Assembly: GCA_028412835.1 (NCBI GenBank)
Contig: JAONQW010000005.1
Location: forward strand, 7,235-71,234
Source of the DNA: Candidatus Pelagibacterales bacterium
GTDB taxonomy: Bacteria > Pseudomonadota > Alphaproteobacteria > Pelagibacterales > AG-422-B15
Direction: 5' to 3'
Length of the DNA stretch: 64,000 nt
Part shown: piece by piece, positions 30,401-39,949 of the stretch
Numbering within the stretch: the stretch's first letter is position 1
Layout: each line of letters starts with the position of its first letter
Translations under genes and position numbers: made by a program
Notes under the pieces: model-generated
What the model was told of the DNA's origin: nothing
Databases searched by the model: none
The model's input: only the letters and a program-made list of their open reading frames with translations

Positions 30401-30916
30401 TTACAATATATTTCTATAAATCCTTATTTTTTCTAGAGATTCTGAAGAAGAGATTATTTTTTTGATATTAACATCTAGTATTGGGTGATTCCATTGTGGG
30501 CATATATCCATTAAGGGTTTTAATACAAACATTCGTTTATGTAATTCTTTATGGGGAATAGTAATATTATATTTGTTTTGTTTATTATTTAAGATTGTAT
30601 TTTGATTAGTTAATAGAATATCTAGATCACACGGTCTTGCAGTATTTGGCCTATACACATTTCTCCCCATCTCATTCTCAATTCTCTTTAAACCCAGTAA
30701 AAGATTGTCTGGGTTAAGTTGAGTTAAGACTAAAATAGCAGCATTTAGAAACCAATTATTGCCTTTCATACCTACTGGTTGAGTAATATAAACTCTTGAT
30801 GTTTTTAAAACTTGAATATTTTTTTTCTTAATAAAGTTAATAGTTTTTTTCAAAGTCTGATATTGAGTTCCATATCTAGAGTTTAAATTTGATCCTAAGC
30901 CGATTGCATAAATCAT
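30401..30916 (-). CDS. folK: 2-amino-4-hydroxy-6-hydroxymethyldihydropteridine pyrophosphokinase
   Basis: IGLGSN, FLNAA, IE..MGR, R..DLDIL, IPH..R.FVL.P; ATG 30916 overlaps smpB stop. Confidence 0.93.
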   Translation of the reverse strand: MIYAIGLGSNLNSRYGTQYQTLKKTINFIKKKNIQVLKTSRVYITQPVGMKGNNWFLNAAILVLTQLNPDNLLLGLKRIENEMGRNVYRPNTARPCDLDILLTNQNTILNNKQNKYNITIPHKELHKRMFVLKPLMDICPQWNHPILDVNIKKIISSSESLEKIRIYRNIL

Positions 30917-31356
30917 TTGTAACGCTTCTTTTCTCTTTCCCATGTTCTTTTTTTATTAACTTCACGTTTATCATGGTCTTTTTTTCCTTTAGCTAGAGCA
31001 ATTTCAATCTTTGCAAAACCTTTTTTATTAAAGAAAATCTTTGTAGGAACTAAAGTTAAAGACTCTTTGTTAAGCTTTCCAATAATTTTTCGTATCTCTT
31101 TTTTATTAAGTAGTAGTTTCCTTGGTCTTGTTTCCTCATGATTCATATAAGAGGAATTAGAGTATTTTGAAAAATGAGAATTAATTAAAAATAATTCACT
31201 GCCTTCTTCTCTTGCATAAGACTCGCTTATATTGACCCTTCCTAGTCTTAAGGATTTTACTTCACTACCTTTTAACTCTATTCCAGATTCAAAAAGCTCT
31301 AAAAATAGATAGTTGTATCGAGCTTTTCTATTTTGGGCTACAGTAGTCAAGTTCAA
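30913..31356 (-). CDS. smpB: SsrA-binding protein
   Basis: NRKARYNY, GSEVKSLR, RKLLL, GKK.HDKR. Confidence 0.97.
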   Translation of the reverse strand: MNLTTVAQNRKARYNYLFLELFESGIELKGSEVKSLRLGRVNISESYAREEGSELFLINSHFSKYSNSSYMNHEETRPRKLLLNKKEIRKIIGKLNKESLTLVPTKIFFNKKGFAKIEIALAKGKKDHDKREVNKKRTWEREKKRYK

Positions 31357-32228
31357 TTAATTAATTGCGCATGCCTCATTGCTACATCGATAATTTTTTT
31401 AGTACTATCACTAATAGAAGTTACCGGTAATCTTACCTCTGATGAGCATAAACTTAATTTGGATGCTGCATATTTTACAGGTCCCGGGCTCGACTCAAGA
31501 AATAATGCTCTGTGTAACGGCATCAATTTATCATTAATTGTTGAAGCTTCATGAAATTTTTTATCCATACATAAACTATGAAACTCAGAACATAGTTTGG
31601 GTGCAATATTTGATGTAACTGAAATAGCACCATGGCCTCCATAAGCCATAAAAGCCAGAGTGGTTGCATCATCTCCACTCAACATATTGTATTCACTGCC
31701 AACATCATTTTTTGTAAAATAAACACGAGGAATATCACCAGTCGCATCTTTTACACCAACAATATTATTAATTTTAAATAATTTAGACATTGTTTCATTA
31801 GACATATCTACAATTGATCTTCCAGGAATATTATAAATAACAATTGGAATTTCTACGCTGTTAGCTATTTTTGTGAAGTGTTGCAATAACCCTTCTTGTG
31901 ATGGCTTATTATAATAAGGTGTAACTACTAGAGCTGCGTCAGCTCCTGCTTTTTCAGCATGCTTTGTTAAATAGACAGCTTCTTCAGTTGAATTAGAGCC
32001 TGTGCCAGCAATGACTGGGGCCTTTTTATTTGCTTGCTCGATACATATTTCAACTATCTTGATATGCTCTTCATGACTTAAAGTTGGAGATTCGCCGGTA
32101 GTTCCAGTTGGGACTAATCCGTGAGTCCCAGAAACTAATTGAAAATCAATAAGTGATCTAAAAGATGCTTCATCAAAATTCCCATTTTTGAATGGAGTAA
32201 TTAATGCTGTAAAAGAGCCTTTAAACAT
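31353..32228 (-). CDS. dapA: 4-hydroxy-tetrahydrodipicolinate synthase
   Basis: GTTGESPTL, PYYNKP, YNIPGR, GVKDATG. Confidence 0.97.
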   Translation of the reverse strand: MFKGSFTALITPFKNGNFDEASFRSLIDFQLVSGTHGLVPTGTTGESPTLSHEEHIKIVEICIEQANKKAPVIAGTGSNSTEEAVYLTKHAEKAGADAALVVTPYYNKPSQEGLLQHFTKIANSVEIPIVIYNIPGRSIVDMSNETMSKLFKINNIVGVKDATGDIPRVYFTKNDVGSEYNMLSGDDATTLAFMAYGGHGAISVTSNIAPKLCSEFHSLCMDKKFHEASTINDKLMPLHRALFLESSPGPVKYAASKLSLCSSEVRLPVTSISDSTKKIIDVAMRHAQLIN

Positions 32229-32311
32229 ATATGTTAAATTCTATCATTTTTAATTATTTAAAAAATATAAATCATAAATATACTTTCAAAACCATAATTT
32301 TTATTCATTTT

Positions 32312-34462
32312 GTGAAACAATCTATAATTATATTACTGTCATTTCTTATTTTAAGCACTTTTAAGGTGTCAGCTAAAGAAATTATTGTTGATACTATACT
32401 ATTAGATATAGATGCCAATAGAGTGTTGGCATCAAATTTTCCTTTAAAAAAACCAAGTAAACCATTCTTATTATCACCAATTAAAAAACCTATAGCCCCA
32501 CTCTCATCAAAGACTTTATCAAATAAGGAATTTGACATTTTAAGCCTAGCTATTGAGCAATCAAAAAAATGGAAGTGGGATAGAGTATCTGATATTAAAA
32601 AAAACCTAAAAGATGAAACTGCAATAAATTTAATTGAGTGGATAAGGTATTATAATGGTGCATCAGATTTAACATTTACTGATTATATAGAATATTTAAA
32701 CACTAATGATAATTGGCCTGAAATTGAAAAAATTAAATATAAAGCGGAAACAAAGATAAGATTTTCTGACTCTCCAGCTAAGATTATTAATTTTTTTGAG
32801 AATAATGAAATTCAAACCGGTATTGGAAAAATCTATCTTGGGAACGCATTTGTTGTAACAGGAAGAAAAGAAGATGGTGTTGAGCTAATTAGAGAAGGTT
32901 ATGTAGAAGGCTCATTTGGAAGAGCTGATCAAAAACAAATAATAATTAAATACAAATCATTTCTTGATATTGAGCATCATAAGAAGAGGATATCAAATTT
33001 ACTCTGGAACAAGCAATATCGAACCGCACAAAGACTTATAAAGTATGTAGATAAAGATCATCAAAAACTTTACGAAGCAAGAATTGGCTTAATTTCATTT
33101 GCTGGTGGGGTAGATCAGCTTATATCAAATGTTCCAACTGAATTAAAAAATAATGTTGGTTTGGTTCACGATAGAATTAATTGGAGAATAAAGAAAAGAA
33201 AGTTTTCTTCCGCATTAGACTTATTGCAAACGATTAATAAGAATAATTCATCAGAACTAGAGAGGCCTGATAAGTTTTGGAAATTAAAAAGTTATTCAAT
33301 TAGAAAACTAATTGATGAACATCGTTATGATGAGGCTTATAGACTATCAATAAATCATGGCTTAAAAGCTAGTGCTGATATTGCTGCTGCAGAATGGCTT
33401 GCAGGATGGTTAAGTTTTTCATTTTTGAATGACCCTGCTACCGCTTCACTTCATTTTAAAAATATTTATGATATATCATCAAGACCAATATCTAAAGCTA
33501 GAGGTTCTTTCTGGTTAGCACGTGCATATCAAAATTTAGGTAAGGATAATCTTGCACAAGAATGGTTTATAGAATCTTCAAAGTATAACTTAACATTCTA
33601 TGGCCAACTTGCTCATCAATATTTAAAAGAAAAGAAATTATTTGCTATAAATAAATACTCTGAATCAATTGATATTGATAATCCAAAATCTGAAATGATT
33701 GAAATTTATAAATCACTATATCTTCTTAATGAGCTCAAAGAATTTAAGATCATGAAAAAATTTATATGGAGTATTGCTAAGTCAGAAGATACCTCAGAAA
33801 GATTAAGAATTACTAAATTGGCAAAAAAATTTAATAGAAATGATTTTGCAGTTCAAGCTGGAAAATTTATTTACTACGACACACTTTTGCTGGCTCCTGA
33901 AAGTTTCCCTTCAGTGAATAGACCAGAATTTGGTAAGATTATATTCCCACCTCAGCCATTTATTCATTCTGTAATCAGGCAAGAGAGTCAATTCGATCCT
34001 AAGGCTGGGAGTTATGCTGGAGCTAAAGGCTTAATGCAACTAATGCCATACACAGCAAAGAAATTATCAAGTGGTTTAAATCTAAAATATTCAAAATCAA
34101 GACTTACAAATGATCCAGTATACAATGTAATACTCGGTAGCGCCTATCTTGATCAGTTGCTATCAATGTATGATGGCTCATATATTTTAAGTCTTGCAGC
34201 TTATAATGCAGGTTCCTCAAGAGTTAAAAGATGGATAGCAAGGTATGGAGATCCAAGAACTAATGATATTGATCCTGTTGATTGGATAGAGCTAATACCA
34301 TTTAAAGAAACACGCAATTATGTTCAACGAGTAATGGAAAACTTACAGGTTTATGAGTTTATTCAAAATGACTATACTCAAAATAATATTACCCTACCCA
34401 ACAACTTAATTAGGGGTAAGAAGGATCGAAATAAAATAGTAGAGCCAATTTTAAAACCATAG
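32312..34462 (+). CDS. slt: soluble lytic murein transglycosylase (Slt70-like)
   Basis: IRQESQF, GAKGLMQLMP, AAYNAG, ETRNYV; GTG 32312 gives a signal peptide and leaves room for divergent promoters. Confidence 0.92.
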   Translation: MKQSIIILLSFLILSTFKVSAKEIIVDTILLDIDANRVLASNFPLKKPSKPFLLSPIKKPIAPLSSKTLSNKEFDILSLAIEQSKKWKWDRVSDIKKNLKDETAINLIEWIRYYNGASDLTFTDYIEYLNTNDNWPEIEKIKYKAETKIRFSDSPAKIINFFENNEIQTGIGKIYLGNAFVVTGRKEDGVELIREGYVEGSFGRADQKQIIIKYKSFLDIEHHKKRISNLLWNKQYRTAQRLIKYVDKDHQKLYEARIGLISFAGGVDQLISNVPTELKNNVGLVHDRINWRIKKRKFSSALDLLQTINKNNSSELERPDKFWKLKSYSIRKLIDEHRYDEAYRLSINHGLKASADIAAAEWLAGWLSFSFLNDPATASLHFKNIYDISSRPISKARGSFWLARAYQNLGKDNLAQEWFIESSKYNLTFYGQLAHQYLKEKKLFAINKYSESIDIDNPKSEMIEIYKSLYLLNELKEFKIMKKFIWSIAKSEDTSERLRITKLAKKFNRNDFAVQAGKFIYYDTLLLAPESFPSVNRPEFGKIIFPPQPFIHSVIRQESQFDPKAGSYAGAKGLMQLMPYTAKKLSSGLNLKYSKSRLTNDPVYNVILGSAYLDQLLSMYDGSYILSLAAYNAGSSRVKRWIARYGDPRTNDIDPVDWIELIPFKETRNYVQRVMENLQVYEFIQNDYTQNNITLPNNLIRGKKDRNKIVEPILKP

Positions 34463-34472
34463 CTTTTAAATG

Positions 34473-34566
34473 TGGCGGAGTGAGAGGGATTCGAACCCTC
34501 GTAACGGGTATAAGCCCGTTAAATTCCTTAGCAGGGAACCGGTTTCAGCCACTCACCCATCACTCC
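34473..34566 (-). tRNA. tRNA-Ser(GCT)
   Basis: GGAGTGA/TCACTCC acceptor stem, G discriminator + encoded CCA, anticodon arm GTTCC-CTGCTAA-GGAAT, long variable arm TAACGGG/CCCGTTA, GGTTCGAATCC T loop. Confidence 0.97.
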
Positions 34567-34595
34567 ACATCTAGTATTAATTAGTCTTTTTATCT

Positions 34596-36026
34596 CTAAT
34601 TATCTAGTTTTTTCTTTACTAATTGATTTAAAAGGCCTGGATTTGCTTTTCCTTTAGTTACTTTCATCACTTCTCCAATAAAAAAACCAAGAAGTTTTGT
34701 TTTTCCATCTTTGTATTTTTGAACATTGTCTGGGTTGTCAATTAAAACTTGATTGATAAATTTTTCAATTTCAGTAGTATCACTAATTTGTACAAGACCT
34801 TTATCATTGATTATATCTTTTACAGATTTTTCAGAAGTAACCATTTCCTCAAATACTTCTTTTGCTGCTCGGTTTGAAATTGTACCATTCTCTATTTCGT
34901 CAATTAAACTTCCAAGTTGCTTGGAATTTATTGGCGACTTATCAATGGTTAAATTCAATTTATTAAGAACTGCAAATAATTCACTTGCAACCCAGGATAC
35001 AGATAGTTTTGTGCTCCTATTTGTTGCCACATCTTCAAAATATTCACTTATAGATTTATCCTGAGTTAAAACATCAGCATCGTATTCTGAAATTTTATAA
35101 TCATTTATAAATCTAATTTTTTTTGTATCGGGTAATTCTGGTAAAGTTTTTTTTATTTCATCTATCCAATTTTGGTTCAAATTTAAAGGAAGTAAATCTG
35201 GGTCAGGAAAATACCTATAATCATGCGCATCTTCTTTTGATCGCATTGATCTAGTTTTATCTGTAGAAACATCATATAAACGTGTTTCTTGATTCACTTT
35301 GTCACCGTTTTCGATAAGCTTAATTTGTCTATCAACCTCAAAGTTGATTGCAAGGCCTATATGTTTAAATGAATTTAAATTTTTAATTTCACACCTAGTA
35401 CCTAATTCATCGCCTTCTTTTCTTACAGAAATATTTACATCTGCTCTTAGCGAACCCTGCTCCATATTGCCATCACAGGTATCTAAATACCTCAGTATTG
35501 TTCTAACTTTTCTTACATAGGCAATTGCCTCTTCTGGGGAGGCCATATCCGGTTTCGATACAATTTCCATTAATGCAATTCCTGATCTATTTAAATCTAC
35601 AAAAGTCATATTTGGATCTTGATCATGTAAACTTTTTCCTGCATCTTGTTCGAGGTGTAGCCTCTCAATTCCAATAATTTTTTTCTTACCATCAATATCA
35701 ATTTCTACAGTACCCTCACCAACAATTGGATCTTTAAATTGTGAAATTTGATATCCTTGAGGAAGGTCTTGATAAAAATAATTTTTACGATCAAAGATAG
35801 ATTTATTATTAATCGTAGCATTTAAGCCTAAGCCTGATTTTATTGCCTGTTCAATACAGAATTTATTAATAACAGGAAGCATTCCCGGCATCGCAGCATC
35901 AACCAAACTAACCTGAGTATTTGGTGCAGATCCAAATTCAGTAGAAGAGCTCGAAAAAAGTTTTGATTTTGAATTTACTTGAGCATGTATTTCAATTCCA
36001 ATTACTGTTTGCCAGTTGTTATTCAT
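34596..36026 (-). CDS. gatB: Asp/Glu-tRNA amidotransferase subunit B
   Basis: IGIEIHAQ, FDRKNYFY.DLPQGYQISQ, EQDAGK, YRYFPDPDL. Confidence 0.98.
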   Translation of the reverse strand: MNNNWQTVIGIEIHAQVNSKSKLFSSSSTEFGSAPNTQVSLVDAAMPGMLPVINKFCIEQAIKSGLGLNATINNKSIFDRKNYFYQDLPQGYQISQFKDPIVGEGTVEIDIDGKKKIIGIERLHLEQDAGKSLHDQDPNMTFVDLNRSGIALMEIVSKPDMASPEEAIAYVRKVRTILRYLDTCDGNMEQGSLRADVNISVRKEGDELGTRCEIKNLNSFKHIGLAINFEVDRQIKLIENGDKVNQETRLYDVSTDKTRSMRSKEDAHDYRYFPDPDLLPLNLNQNWIDEIKKTLPELPDTKKIRFINDYKISEYDADVLTQDKSISEYFEDVATNRSTKLSVSWVASELFAVLNKLNLTIDKSPINSKQLGSLIDEIENGTISNRAAKEVFEEMVTSEKSVKDIINDKGLVQISDTTEIEKFINQVLIDNPDNVQKYKDGKTKLLGFFIGEVMKVTKGKANPGLLNQLVKKKLDN

Positions 36027-36030
36027 TACT

Positions 36031-37503
36031 TTATTTCCACCATTGTGTCGGCTGTACGTTAAAATTTAAAGTGTCTTGAAGATTCTTTGCAATATTTAGA
36101 AGCATCTGTTCCTCAAAGGAGTTTGTAATAAGTTGCATTCCAATAGGCAATCCAGAATTATCTAATCCAAATGGAATTGAAATTGCTGGTAATCCAGCAA
36201 GATTAGCTGGAACTGTAAAAATATCGTTTAAATAATTTTGAACTGGATCAACTTCTTCTCTATTTATTGGAAAAGCTGTATTTGGTGTTGCTGGAGTAAA
36301 TATGGCATCTACATTTTTAAAAGCACTATCAAAATCATTTTTTATGATAGACCTTATTTTTTGTGCTTTAATATAGTATGCATCATAATATCCTGAAGAA
36401 AGAACATAGGTTCCAATCATAATACGTCTTTTTACTTCATTACCAAAACCTTCAGACCTAGTTGATTCATACATATCAATAAGATTTTTCTCTTGAACTC
36501 TTAATCCATACTTAACACCGTCATATCTTGAAAGATTAGAAGATGCTTCTGCTGGAGCAATAATATAATATGCCGGCAAAGCAGTGCTAGTTGATGGTAG
36601 GCTTATTTCAACAATTTCTGCACCATTTTTAGCTAGAATTTTTTTTCCATCATTCCAAAAGTTTTGTATTTCTTCAGGCAAGTCATCACTCATATATTCT
36701 TTTGGCACACCTATCTTTAAGCCTTTTACAGAGCTGTTCAAGTTGGCATAAAATTGTTCATTTGCCTTTAATGAGCTTGTTGAATCTTTGTTATCATGAC
36801 CTGAAATAGCCTCTAACAATATTGCGGCATCTTCAACAGTTTTAGAGATAGGTCCTGCTTGATCTAATGATGAGGCAAAGGCTACTGTACCCCACCTTGA
36901 AACTCTGCCATAGGTTGGCTTAAGACCAACTAACCCCGTAAAAGATGCAGGTTGTCGAATTGATCCACCAGTATCAGTCCCTAGAGATGCTACACATAAA
37001 TCTGCTGCCACTGCTGCTGCTGATCCACCTGAAGATCCACCAGGTACTAGCTCATCATCTTTATCAGATGATTTCCAAGGATTTATAACTGGACCATAAA
37101 AACTTGTTTTATTAGTTGAGCCCATTGCAAATTCATCACAGTTTAATTTGCCGAGAACTACTGCACCTTGACTCTTACAATTTGCAGTTACTGTTGATTC
37201 ATAAGTAGGTGTAAAATTAGATAAAATTTTACTTGAAGCTGTAGTAAGAATATTATTCGTACAGAATAAATCTTTATAAGCAAGTGGAACACCGTCTAAT
37301 AATCCAATTTTTTTATTTTCAGATATTCGAGCATCAGTTTTTTTGGCGGCATCAAAAGCCACTTCTTCTGAAATAGTAATAAAACAATTTAATTTTTTTG
37401 ATTCTTTAATTTCTTTAATATAACTATTAGCTATTTCAAATGCTGAGATTTTTTTATCCTTGAGAAGTTTTGCAGTTCCTTCAATAGTTAAGTTTTTAAG
37501 CAT
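36031..37503 (-). CDS. gatA: Asp/Glu-tRNA amidotransferase subunit A
   Basis: PGGSSGGSAA, GTDTGGSIRQPA, SSNLSRYDG, RRIMIGTYVLS. Confidence 0.98.
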   Translation of the reverse strand: MLKNLTIEGTAKLLKDKKISAFEIANSYIKEIKESKKLNCFITISEEVAFDAAKKTDARISENKKIGLLDGVPLAYKDLFCTNNILTTASSKILSNFTPTYESTVTANCKSQGAVVLGKLNCDEFAMGSTNKTSFYGPVINPWKSSDKDDELVPGGSSGGSAAAVAADLCVASLGTDTGGSIRQPASFTGLVGLKPTYGRVSRWGTVAFASSLDQAGPISKTVEDAAILLEAISGHDNKDSTSSLKANEQFYANLNSSVKGLKIGVPKEYMSDDLPEEIQNFWNDGKKILAKNGAEIVEISLPSTSTALPAYYIIAPAEASSNLSRYDGVKYGLRVQEKNLIDMYESTRSEGFGNEVKRRIMIGTYVLSSGYYDAYYIKAQKIRSIIKNDFDSAFKNVDAIFTPATPNTAFPINREEVDPVQNYLNDIFTVPANLAGLPAISIPFGLDNSGLPIGMQLITNSFEEQMLLNIAKNLQDTLNFNVQPTQWWK

Positions 37504-37505
37504 CT

Positions 37506-37793
37506 TTATTCTATAACTTTTGGCACTACAAAAAATCCTAATTCGGAGTCAGGAACATTTCTGAGTAAATCTTCATTAGATAGTTTATTTTCAGCAATAT
37601 CATCTCTTAAAATTAAGTCTTGATTAAGTGAGTTTGAGGTTGGGTCAATTTTTTCTGTATTAATTTCTTTCAATTGATCAATGAAAGATACAATAGATGT
37701 TAAATCTTTTTCCAAACTGTCTAGCTGTTCATCATTTAAAGATAAACGAGCAAGTTTTGCTAGCTTTAAGGTACTGTTTTTATCAAATTCCAT
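37506..37793 (-). CDS. gatC: Asp/Glu-tRNA amidotransferase subunit C
   Basis: LAKLARL, LRDD, FFVVPKVIE. Confidence 0.96.
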   Translation of the reverse strand: MEFDKNSTLKLAKLARLSLNDEQLDSLEKDLTSIVSFIDQLKEINTEKIDPTSNSLNQDLILRDDIAENKLSNEDLLRNVPDSELGFFVVPKVIE

Positions 37794-37850
37794 TGTAATA
37801 CTTAGATTATCTAGTTAATAACACGAATATTTATGATATACCTTTAAATC

Positions 37851-38336
37851 ATGGTCAATGAAACAAAAAAAATTGAAGATTTAAAGGAATTCAAAGATAT
37901 TTTATTTAATAAACAGCGCTTAATGGGATTAGATTTAGGGTCTAAAAGAATAGGAATATCTGTGTCTGACCCTGAGCTAAAAGTTGCAATATCTATTAAA
38001 ACTATTGAGAGAAATAAGTTGCAAATATTAACAGCAGAATTGAATGAAATAATTAATAAGTTTGAAATAGGAGGGTTAATTTTTGGCATGCCTCTAAACA
38101 TGGATGGCACTGAAGGTAAAAGTGCACAATCAGCTAAAGATACTGCCTACCTTCTTTCTAATAATTTAAATATATCTTATGGTTTTTGGGACGAAAGACT
38201 CTCTAGTGCGGCAGTTGAAAGGTTTTACGAAAAACCAAAAAAAAGTCGTAAAAAGAAGATGATTAATAAAAAAGAAATTGATAACTTAGCATCAGCATTT
38301 ATTCTAGAGGGAGCTCTTCAATATATAAGTAATTAG
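37851..38336 (+). CDS. ruvX: YqgF/RuvX pre-16S rRNA nuclease
   Basis: MGLDLGSKRIGISVSD, GMPLNMDG, WDERLSS, IDNLASAFILE. Confidence 0.94.
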   Translation: MVNETKKIEDLKEFKDILFNKQRLMGLDLGSKRIGISVSDPELKVAISIKTIERNKLQILTAELNEIINKFEIGGLIFGMPLNMDGTEGKSAQSAKDTAYLLSNNLNISYGFWDERLSSAAVERFYEKPKKSRKKKMINKKEIDNLASAFILEGALQYISN

Positions 38337-38340
38337 AAAA

Positions 38341-39279
38341 ATGATAGAAAAAAATAAAATTTCAAAACTCTCAATTAAAAATCTTCAATCAATTAAAGAT
38401 CTAACGGTTCAAGACATAGAGAATATTATAAATACTGCAAAACTTTTTAAAAATAATAATAAGGAGCAAAATAAATCAATTCCGATTTTAAGCGGAAGAA
38501 CAATTATAAATTTATTTTTTGAGCCTTCAACTAGAACACTCATATCTTTTGAAATTGCAGCTAAAAGACTTGGTGCTGATATTATAAATATGAATATTGA
38601 AGGTTCTTCACTAAGAAAAGGGGAAACATTAAGTGATACTGCTGATACTCTTAATTCAATGAACCCTGACTTGGTGATTATAAGACATTCAATTTCTGGA
38701 GCAATTAATGAAATATCTTCTCGACTTAAATGTCCAATTATAAGTGCTGGCGAAGGATCTATAGAGCACCCTACACAAGCTTTATTAGATGCATTTACTA
38801 TTCAAGACAAAGGTAAAAATTTTAAAGATATTGTCGTATCAATATGTGGTGATATTGAACATAGTCGAGTAGCAAGATCAAATTATTATCTTTTAAAAAA
38901 AATGGGGGCAAAAATTAGATTTGTTGCACCAGAATATTTTATGCCAAAAAATATTCAAGATTTTGATGTTGAATACTTTGATAACTTGGAAAAAGGGATT
39001 GGTGCATCTGACGTGGTAATGATGTTACGTATTCAAAAAGAAAGAATTGATAACACTGAATTGCCATCAGTTGATGACTATTATCAATCATTTGGATTAA
39101 CTTATGAAAAGCTTAAAAAAGCAAAAAACAATGTAATTGTAATGCATCCTGGCCCAATAAATAGAAATATAGAAATTGAAAGCTCTTTAGCTGATGACTT
39201 AAGTAAATCTGTAATTAATGAGCAAGTAGAAAATGGTGTGTCTGTTAGAATGGCTTGTTTGGCAATGATGGTTGAATAG
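38341..39279 (+). CDS. pyrB: aspartate carbamoyltransferase catalytic subunit
   Basis: FFEPSTRT, HPTQALLD, GDIEHSRVARS, LRIQKER, HPGP. Confidence 0.97.
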   Translation: MIEKNKISKLSIKNLQSIKDLTVQDIENIINTAKLFKNNNKEQNKSIPILSGRTIINLFFEPSTRTLISFEIAAKRLGADIINMNIEGSSLRKGETLSDTADTLNSMNPDLVIIRHSISGAINEISSRLKCPIISAGEGSIEHPTQALLDAFTIQDKGKNFKDIVVSICGDIEHSRVARSNYYLLKKMGAKIRFVAPEYFMPKNIQDFDVEYFDNLEKGIGASDVVMMLRIQKERIDNTELPSVDDYYQSFGLTYEKLKKAKNNVIVMHPGPINRNIEIESSLADDLSKSVINEQVENGVSVRMACLAMMVE

Positions 39280-39283
39280 CTAA

Positions 39284-39862
39284 ATGTTAATCACACTTAT
39301 TGGCATATTGATATCATATTTACTTGGTTCCATTCCGAGCGGTATAATTGTTGCGAGGTTATTTAATTTAGGGGAAATAAGAGATATTGGCTCTGGTAGC
39401 ACTGGCGCAACTAATGTTTTTAGAACTGGAAACTATTTTGCATCTAGTATTACTTTTATTGCTGATGCGCTAAAGGCAATAATTGCTATTAAAATATGTC
39501 AATCTTATTATCCAGATATATTTGTACTTTGTGTAATATTTATATTAATAGGACATATTTTTCCCATTTGGCTAAAGAACTTTAGCGGTGGTAAAGGGTA
39601 TGCCTCATTTTTAGGAATTCTATTGGCATCTAGTTATGTTCTTTTTTTTATTATCATAACTAGTTGGATTGTTGTTTTTACAATTGCTAGAATTTCTTCT
39701 ATGTCAGCCTTGTTAAGTATTATTATACTTTTTGTTACAGTTACTTTTTTACCAGATATTAAATATGTCGAGGCATATTATATTGCTGGATTAATTATAC
39801 TCATTTCTCACGCGAAAAATATTTTAAGATTAATTACAGGAAAAGAAGAATTACTTAAATAG
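39284..39862 (+). CDS. plsY: glycerol-3-phosphate acyltransferase PlsY
   Basis: YLLGSIP, GSGSTGATNVFR, GHIFP, GGKG, H..NI.RL. Confidence 0.95.
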   Translation: MLITLIGILISYLLGSIPSGIIVARLFNLGEIRDIGSGSTGATNVFRTGNYFASSITFIADALKAIIAIKICQSYYPDIFVLCVIFILIGHIFPIWLKNFSGGKGYASFLGILLASSYVLFFIIITSWIVVFTIARISSMSALLSIIILFVTVTFLPDIKYVEAYYIAGLIILISHAKNILRLITGKEELLK

Positions 39863-39912
39863 TAAAAAACTCCCTTAATTCCTATCATTTATAATTTATC
39901 TAATGTCTTAAT

Positions 39913-39942
39913 TTGACAAAATGAATTATTTTAGCTTAATAA
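39913..39942 (+). promoter_or_regulatory. sigma70-type promoter of topA (probably leaderless)
   Basis: TTGACA-N18-TAATAA, 7 nt before ATG, no SD. Confidence 0.55.
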
Positions 39943-39949
39943 GTTCGAA

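Noticed and set aside
34473-34566. Possible tRNA-Sec because of the long variable arm
   Set aside because: Anticodon GCT and 7-bp acceptor stem indicate an ordinary tRNA-Ser
34463-34595. tRNA-Ser as an integration site
   Set aside because: No integrase, no duplicated tRNA 3' end; flanked directly by slt and gatB
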